Below are positions 59,302 through 64,000 of a stretch of DNA of 64,000 bases, in pieces. The notes under the pieces were generated by a model, which saw only the letters and a program-made list of their open reading frames with translations, searched no databases and had not been told where the DNA came from. The stretch covers positions 1 to 64,000 of the IMG/VR virus record IMGVR_UViG_3300028821_000038; one strand, given 5' to 3'. This stretch comes from a virus. The position numbers and the translations under genes are program-made. Position 1 is the first letter of the stretch, and each line of letters opens with the position of its first letter.

Positions 59302-60729
59302 TTAGATTAATGGCAGCTCTATATTGCCGCTTGGTTCTGACATTGTATCAGAATAATCTTTATGGTCATCTGGATCGGCATCCACATATTCTATCACATA
59401 GCCCTCTTCCTCCTCGTTTAGAAAGGAGGTGGTTTTAGACTTAAACCTCATACCAACAACACAGGTCGGTCCATCTCTATTCTTACCAACAATAACTTCT
59501 GCATTTTCTATTGTCGGTCTCTCATACTCTCCCTTCTCTTCAACATTCCACTCTTTTTCCTTGTAATACTCCGGTCTATAAAGAAACACTATCAAGTCTG
59601 CGTCCTGCTCGATGGAGCCGGAGCCCTGCAAATCCGACATAGTAGGGCGCTTGTTTTCTCGTTTCTCAACCTCTCTGTTTAATTGAGACAAAAGAGCTGT
59701 TGATATCTTCTCGTTTTGAGATATCCTCTTTAGCATTTTAGTTATGTCTCCCAACTCTTTAGCTGTGTTCTCTCTTTTGGGTAGAGTTATTTGAAGTAGG
59801 TGGTCAACAATAACCAATTTGAGATTAGGCATAGTTCTTAATTTCTTTTTGATATCGATTTCGAGTTGCATCGTAGTCATCCCCGCCCTGTCCACTATAG
59901 CGAACCTGTCCTCGTGCTTCTTGAAAAAATCCACAGCATCTTTGAAGCTTGCATAGTCTCCTACCACTCCGCGATTTATATTACTGAGGGGTTCTTGAGC
60001 TTTATATGCAATCAGTCTTTTAAGGGCATTTTTATCAGCTACCTCCATGGAATACAACACAACACTATACCCTTCCTCTAGGGTATGAACTATAGGACCG
60101 CTGGTAAAGCTGGATTTCCCCATTGAGGGTCGCCCCGCAATAACAGTTAATCCATTCTCTACGAATCCACCAACCGACTTGTCGAAATTTTTATATCCGG
60201 TCTTGAGGTATGGTAGCTCCTTGTTGGTTCTGGCATTCTCCATATCTTTATATATTTCTTCAACAATGTCGCTTATGGAGCGGTGCTCGTTATTGCTGCT
60301 GGACTCTTCTAGCTCCTCCAGCATCCTTATAGCCTCCATGGCTATATCATCTGGAGATTTATGCTTTTCTAGCCCCATACCTATTGCACTTCTTAACTCA
60401 ATGAGCTTTCTGGTTTTAGTGTATCTTTTAAGAGATAGCACATAGTCATCACTCAGAGTTATTGGGGTTGCCCCCATTATTTCTATAGTGATATCCTGCG
60501 CGCCCGTAACACCCTCTTTTTTAAGAGCATCCACAATAAATATCTCATCTGTGGGCTGCTTTTCCATTAATAGCTTCTTGATGGTCTTAAAGACTATTTT
60601 ATTTTCTGGTGTAGAGAAGTCCTCTTCAGATAACTTGCCAGTAAATTCAAGTGCCTCTTCCCCGGAGAACATCATAGCCGACAAGACAGCGGTTTCTAAA
60701 GATAATGATGCAAGCTCGATATCACTCAT
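59302..60729 (-). CDS. dnaB: Replicative DnaB-family helicase
   Basis: IAGRPSMGKS, YSME, VIVDHL, LSQLNREVEKR..KRPTMSDL.GSGSIEQDAD, KNRDG. Confidence 0.95.
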   Translation of the reverse strand: MSDIELASLSLETAVLSAMMFSGEEALEFTGKLSEEDFSTPENKIVFKTIKKLLMEKQPTDEIFIVDALKKEGVTGAQDITIEIMGATPITLSDDYVLSLKRYTKTRKLIELRSAIGMGLEKHKSPDDIAMEAIRMLEELEESSSNNEHRSISDIVEEIYKDMENARTNKELPYLKTGYKNFDKSVGGFVENGLTVIAGRPSMGKSSFTSGPIVHTLEEGYSVVLYSMEVADKNALKRLIAYKAQEPLSNINRGVVGDYASFKDAVDFFKKHEDRFAIVDRAGMTTMQLEIDIKKKLRTMPNLKLVIVDHLLQITLPKRENTAKELGDITKMLKRISQNEKISTALLSQLNREVEKRENKRPTMSDLQGSGSIEQDADLIVFLYRPEYYKEKEWNVEEKGEYERPTIENAEVIVGKNRDGPTCVVGMRFKSKTTSFLNEEEEGYVIEYVDADPDDHKDYSDTMSEPSGNIELPLI

Positions 60730-61271
60730 TACATTTCTTTGTATTCGATATTGTAATTACTGGATGTTATCAGTTTTGCATACTTGATTTTGGAGACTTC
60801 TACCGCTGCCTCTTTAAAGAGTTGTTCTAAGTGGTCAGAATATCCGCTGGTTGTTATCCCCTTGCATATCTTTTGTAAGCCTCCGGCTTTTGTTATGGTT
60901 AGTTTTTCAGTTGAACTAAACATCGGAACCTTGTTTTTTGTCCATTTAGTAGGGTCAAGCCCTGGTTTTTTGTTGGACAGGATCCGATTTTCGTTCTCTT
61001 TGCATACTATCCTTATGTTATCCAGGAAGCTGTTAAATTTCTTGTTGATGTGCGAAGCATATAGCTTGGGAACACTATATTTTTCCGCAATTTTTTTTAT
61101 TTCCGGGAGGTTTGGATATTCATTGGCTGTAATAACCTCTATATAGAATTGCCTCAGTGAATCGCCTTTATCTGCGACTTTTGACACAATTTCCATCAGG
61201 GCATCAGATTCGTACTCGTTGAGCCCTGCCATTCTTTCTTTGATGGTAAAAAATAACTCACTATGAGTCAT
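60729..61271 (-). CDS. Hypothetical protein between initiator-like gene and dnaB (possible loader)
   Basis: Coupled to both neighbours. Confidence 0.55.
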   Translation of the reverse strand: MTHSELFFTIKERMAGLNEYESDALMEIVSKVADKGDSLRQFYIEVITANEYPNLPEIKKIAEKYSVPKLYASHINKKFNSFLDNIRIVCKENENRILSNKKPGLDPTKWTKNKVPMFSSTEKLTITKAGGLQKICKGITTSGYSDHLEQLFKEAAVEVSKIKYAKLITSSNYNIEYKEM

Positions 61272-62247
61272 GTGCTTCTCCTAGGTCGATTTTGTTTACT
61301 TGATTATATCGCTCCTCCATCTTGTCATTCCATGTGATTCCATGAATATGAGTATATAGATTTTCCCTTAGCTCATCTATATGGAACAGCACATTTACTT
61401 TTGATTTTTTATTCATAAAGTGCGGGATTTTGATAGCGACATATTCAGCCCCTAAAAATTTGACCCACTCTTTTCTGGGGCGATGCTCAATGATTGTAGG
61501 GCTGGTGTTGTATTTTGTAAAGAGCGCCTTTTGTATTTCATTGGTTCTTTGGATAAGCCCTTTTGCATCAAGCTCTCCAGTCTTATGCTTCTTTGTGGAA
61601 GATAATCGTTTTTCATATGCTTGATCTATGAAGCTTTGTTTATATTTGGTATCCTTGACAATCCCATTGAAAAATGTAGACATATGCGCGGGATACTGCT
61701 CAAATAATATGCTGTCCATATATCTATTGAGCGCCGCCACAACCTTATCTCTTCCATATACTTTAACAGCCTTTTCGTAGGCCCTTAGTGCGCTTCTTTT
61801 GTTCCCTTTTGCATTACTCAAGGGAGGCTTGTAGTTTTCCCATAGCACCTCAAACTCGCTAGGATACTGAAAACGCTCCACCTTTTTTTCTTTCTGGGGC
61901 AGTGGAGCATCTTCGTATTCGTCCTCTTTGATTATGGGGTGGTTTGGGCACCCCGCGCCCGCCTCCCTGTTGAAGCTATCTATATCAATAGTATATTTGG
62001 ATTTTCTTGGAAAACCAATATATGTATGCTGTATAAAAGAGAGCTTCTTTAGAATAATCTTCTTTGAGTATTGGACTTCTCGCTCAGTCATACAGCATTT
62101 CATAGCAAGCTCCCTGTTGGTGGTGATAAGTATCCCACCAGTGGAATCAAATACTATTCGACACAACAACACTATATGGTTGTATGAGCCTAATAGCTTG
62201 CGCAGCCTAGGGTATACGAGAAAGGGGCTGGAGTGCTCAAGATCCAC
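61261..62247 (-). CDS. Replication initiator-like protein
   Basis: N-terminal wHTH (TNRELAMKCCMTEREVQ); FEVLWENY...KGNKRSALRAYEK and HMSTFFN motifs of lambdoid/SPP1-type initiators; AGGAGG RBS. Confidence 0.65.
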   Translation of the reverse strand: MDLEHSSPFLVYPRLRKLLGSYNHIVLLCRIVFDSTGGILITTNRELAMKCCMTEREVQYSKKIILKKLSFIQHTYIGFPRKSKYTIDIDSFNREAGAGCPNHPIIKEDEYEDAPLPQKEKKVERFQYPSEFEVLWENYKPPLSNAKGNKRSALRAYEKAVKVYGRDKVVAALNRYMDSILFEQYPAHMSTFFNGIVKDTKYKQSFIDQAYEKRLSSTKKHKTGELDAKGLIQRTNEIQKALFTKYNTSPTIIEHRPRKEWVKFLGAEYVAIKIPHFMNKKSKVNVLFHIDELRENLYTHIHGITWNDKMEERYNQVNKIDLGEAHDS

Positions 62248-62256
62248 AAATACCTC

Positions 62257-62574
62257 CTATTCCTTTTTTAGTTTATGCACAGAGTACCTCCTTTTATACT
62301 TTTCCGGAGAGACCAAAATATCAGTGAACTGTATCGGAGTTCTGCTGAAAAGTTCTTTAGCCTCCCTGTGGAGTTTGTATCCGCCCTTGTTCTCCTGCCT
62401 CCATTTTCGCTCTATTTCGGCTAGCCGCTGAAGCCAAATATCAACTGGAGGCGGTCTTGGGCGGGCGCCCTCTGCGCTTTGGCTTCTCCTCCGCTTCTTC
62501 TTTGGGCTGTGTGTTGCGCGAAACCCTCCTTTTCTTCTCTTCCTGGATTTCGACTTCTGTGATTGTACCACCAT
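62257..62574 (-). CDS. Hypothetical protein; start unclear, overlaps the upstream gene in the +1 frame
   Basis: The 3-prime part fills the 62257-62440 gap with protein-like sequence. Confidence 0.4.
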   Translation of the reverse strand: MVVQSQKSKSRKRRKGGFRATHSPKKKRRRSQSAEGARPRPPPVDIWLQRLAEIERKWRQENKGGYKLHREAKELFSRTPIQFTDILVSPEKYKRRYSVHKLKKE

Positions 62575-62641
62575 TGGGGAGCAGTGCTTTTGCGAGATCC
62601 TTTTCAGAGATCTCGAAAGTTATCCTAAGCTTCATGATCAA
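62441..62641 (-). CDS. Small protein with AT-hook-like KRRGRPPK
   Basis: GGAGG RBS; 66 aa. Confidence 0.6.
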   Translation of the reverse strand: MIMKLRITFEISEKDLAKALLPNGGTITEVEIQEEKKRRVSRNTQPKEEAEEKPKRRGRPPKTASS

Positions 62642-63548
62642 CCTCCGTATCTATGACTATTTCCTCCAGGCACTTATGCAAGAGTGCAAGTTTGCACATA
62701 GTTTTCCCCTTATGCTTTGTGCTCTGCTGTGCTTTCGAGCATTCTAATTCTTTTTCTGTCAGGATTCCATCATCAAATAGAACCCAACCATTGGCTACTT
62801 GTACCGTTGTTGAGCCCCTATCTTTGAGCGTATTTATAACTTCATCTACAATATTTGCAGATGACATAATTGTCTCGATGCTGCTATTGTCCTCTTTTTC
62901 TTCGATGCGAGAGAGGTCAGTATTTTCATTGTCTATACTAATTGCCTCATCTATTTCATGGGATATATCGAGAGATTTGAAGGTATTTTTGATAGCAACC
63001 TTTTTTGCCATCTCATAATACCAGGTCCTCCAAGGGCCATTATTTTTGCTCTTTGAGGCATTTTTTGCATTCTCGATATGTTGCTTTGTGATGAAATTCT
63101 GAACGATTTCATCGTTCGAGAGCTTCACCAAAACAAGAACCCCTTTAAACTCCCCACTTTGGTCGAAGGGGTTTATTTTATAGTGCAATCCATTTTCATC
63201 AACACTTACCTCGTCTCCTTCGAACACAAGATAGGCGTCAATTTTCTTGACCTTCCCGCTTTTGTACGCCAATTTACATAGAAAATTGTGGGAAAACTCC
63301 ACATTCAACTGCTTTCCATATGGGATGAAGTATACATCCTTATAGAAGTTTAGCGCCTTATCAGGAATCATGGCCTTGATGATTGCGTCAGAGATAACCT
63401 CTGGAGACATGGCCATGATTTTTTGATCGCCCGCAACTATATTCCTTATTTTTGCGGAAAGCTCTTTCATGACAGTGGGGGTATCTCCGGTTACCTTGGA
63501 GATATTTACCACAACCTCGTTGACCTTAGATTCAGCTATTTGATTCAT
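62625..63548 (-). CDS. recT: RecT-family single-strand annealing protein
   Basis: YFIPYG, LAYKSG, VFEGD, GPWRTWYYEMAKKVAIK; adjacent to a RecE-like gene. Confidence 0.85.
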   Translation of the reverse strand: MNQIAESKVNEVVVNISKVTGDTPTVMKELSAKIRNIVAGDQKIMAMSPEVISDAIIKAMIPDKALNFYKDVYFIPYGKQLNVEFSHNFLCKLAYKSGKVKKIDAYLVFEGDEVSVDENGLHYKINPFDQSGEFKGVLVLVKLSNDEIVQNFITKQHIENAKNASKSKNNGPWRTWYYEMAKKVAIKNTFKSLDISHEIDEAISIDNENTDLSRIEEKEDNSSIETIMSSANIVDEVINTLKDRGSTTVQVANGWVLFDDGILTEKELECSKAQQSTKHKGKTMCKLALLHKCLEEIVIDTEVDHEA

Positions 63549-63560
63549 CTCTGCTCCTTT

Positions 63561-63701
63561 TTAGTATTCAAAGTCGTAATAATCCAAAAATGACTTCTCC
63601 GCTTCTGTTAGGTCATCTTTGTGTTTATCGTAAAACTCTCGCACAAGCTCAGGATCCCAATACTCTATATTGTCATACCTATCACACCCCCTCAAATCCA
63701 T
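63561..63701 (-). CDS. Small acidic hypothetical protein (46 aa, not in ORF track)
   Basis: MDLRGCDRYDNIEYWDPELVREFYDKHKDDLTEAEKSFLDYYDFEY fills the gap between the exonuclease and recT genes. Confidence 0.5.
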   Translation of the reverse strand: MDLRGCDRYDNIEYWDPELVREFYDKHKDDLTEAEKSFLDYYDFEY

Positions 63702-64000
63702 TCATTTCTTCAAGTTGATAACGGTACCATGAAGGCAATTCCCCTACAACAAACAGAGGCTCCTTGCCAGTCTCTTTGTCTATTCCATTTGGACCAGGCC
63801 ACACATCATTATAGAGATAGTAGGCATACTCATCGAGAAGTTTTTCCAATGCTTGCTTCTCCAGATTTATATCTTCTCCTTTCATGATTATGACTGAGTG
63901 GTCATATGGAGGCTCTTTTTCTACTGCAATAAACCCAAACTTTGTTGACGGCACACCCGCAAGCTCTGCTGTCTTGAGATACACCGCTGCCTGGATACCG
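63682..64000 (-). CDS. RecE/exonuclease VIII-like (DUF3799) protein, 5-prime truncated by the window edge
   Basis: IQAAVYL...FGFIAVEKEPPY...WPG...LPSWY. Confidence 0.8.
   Translation of the reverse strand, partial: GIQAAVYLKTAELAGVPSTKFGFIAVEKEPPYDHSVIIMKGEDINLEKQALEKLLDEYAYYLYNDVWPGPNGIDKETGKEPLFVVGELPSWYRYQLEEMNGFEGV

Noticed and set aside
54977-60729. Inteins or group I introns in nrdA and dnaB
   Set aside because: Both ORFs have normal length and contiguous catalytic motifs
62245-62259. TAG read-through fusing the 62257 ORF to the initiator-like gene
   Set aside because: The in-frame arrangement has a one-in-three chance, and the downstream GTG has its own AGGAGG RBS
1-64000. Genome-wide reassignment of TAG (alternative genetic code)
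   Set aside because: Very long genes (1159 and 1232 aa) are intact in code 11, and about a dozen genes end cleanly at TAG next to the following start; only two local interruptions were seen

Overview
The whole 64 kb window reads as part of the genome of a large contractile-tailed (myovirus-type) bacteriophage; no host housekeeping locus, integrase or CRISPR array is visible. AAGGA-type ribosome-binding sites, TGnTATAAT extended -10 promoters, a dimeric dUTPase and a Campylobacter-phage-type Hef endonuclease suggest a Campylobacterota host (inference). Layout: (i) 1-7.1 kb, mostly minus-strand accessory genes (membrane proteins, TAXI solute-binding protein, TIGR02594-type endolysin, tRNA-Leu(UAA)) plus a plus-strand antirepressor-like gene and a SNF2 helicase; (ii) 7.2-52.6 kb, a plus-strand morphogenesis region (neck, sheath, spike, tail chaperone with a -1 frameshift, tape measure, baseplate, fibres, prohead protease, portal) that also holds a sigma70-like factor and the C-terminal half of a multisubunit RNA polymerase beta-prime subunit; (iii) 52.6-64 kb, a minus-strand nucleotide and replication block (nrdAB, dUTPase, divergent ThyX, DnaB, initiator-like protein, RecT, RecE-like exonuclease). 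The most striking unexplained pattern is a recurrent hydrophobic-x-K-x-A motif. It is concentrated in a specific set of proteins, including both ends of the prohead protease and the SNF2 helicase, and looks like the address code of a virion-maturation/ejected-proteome system. Two translationally coupled genes also carry a single early in-frame TAG. All product calls come from motif recognition by eye; no database searches were run.
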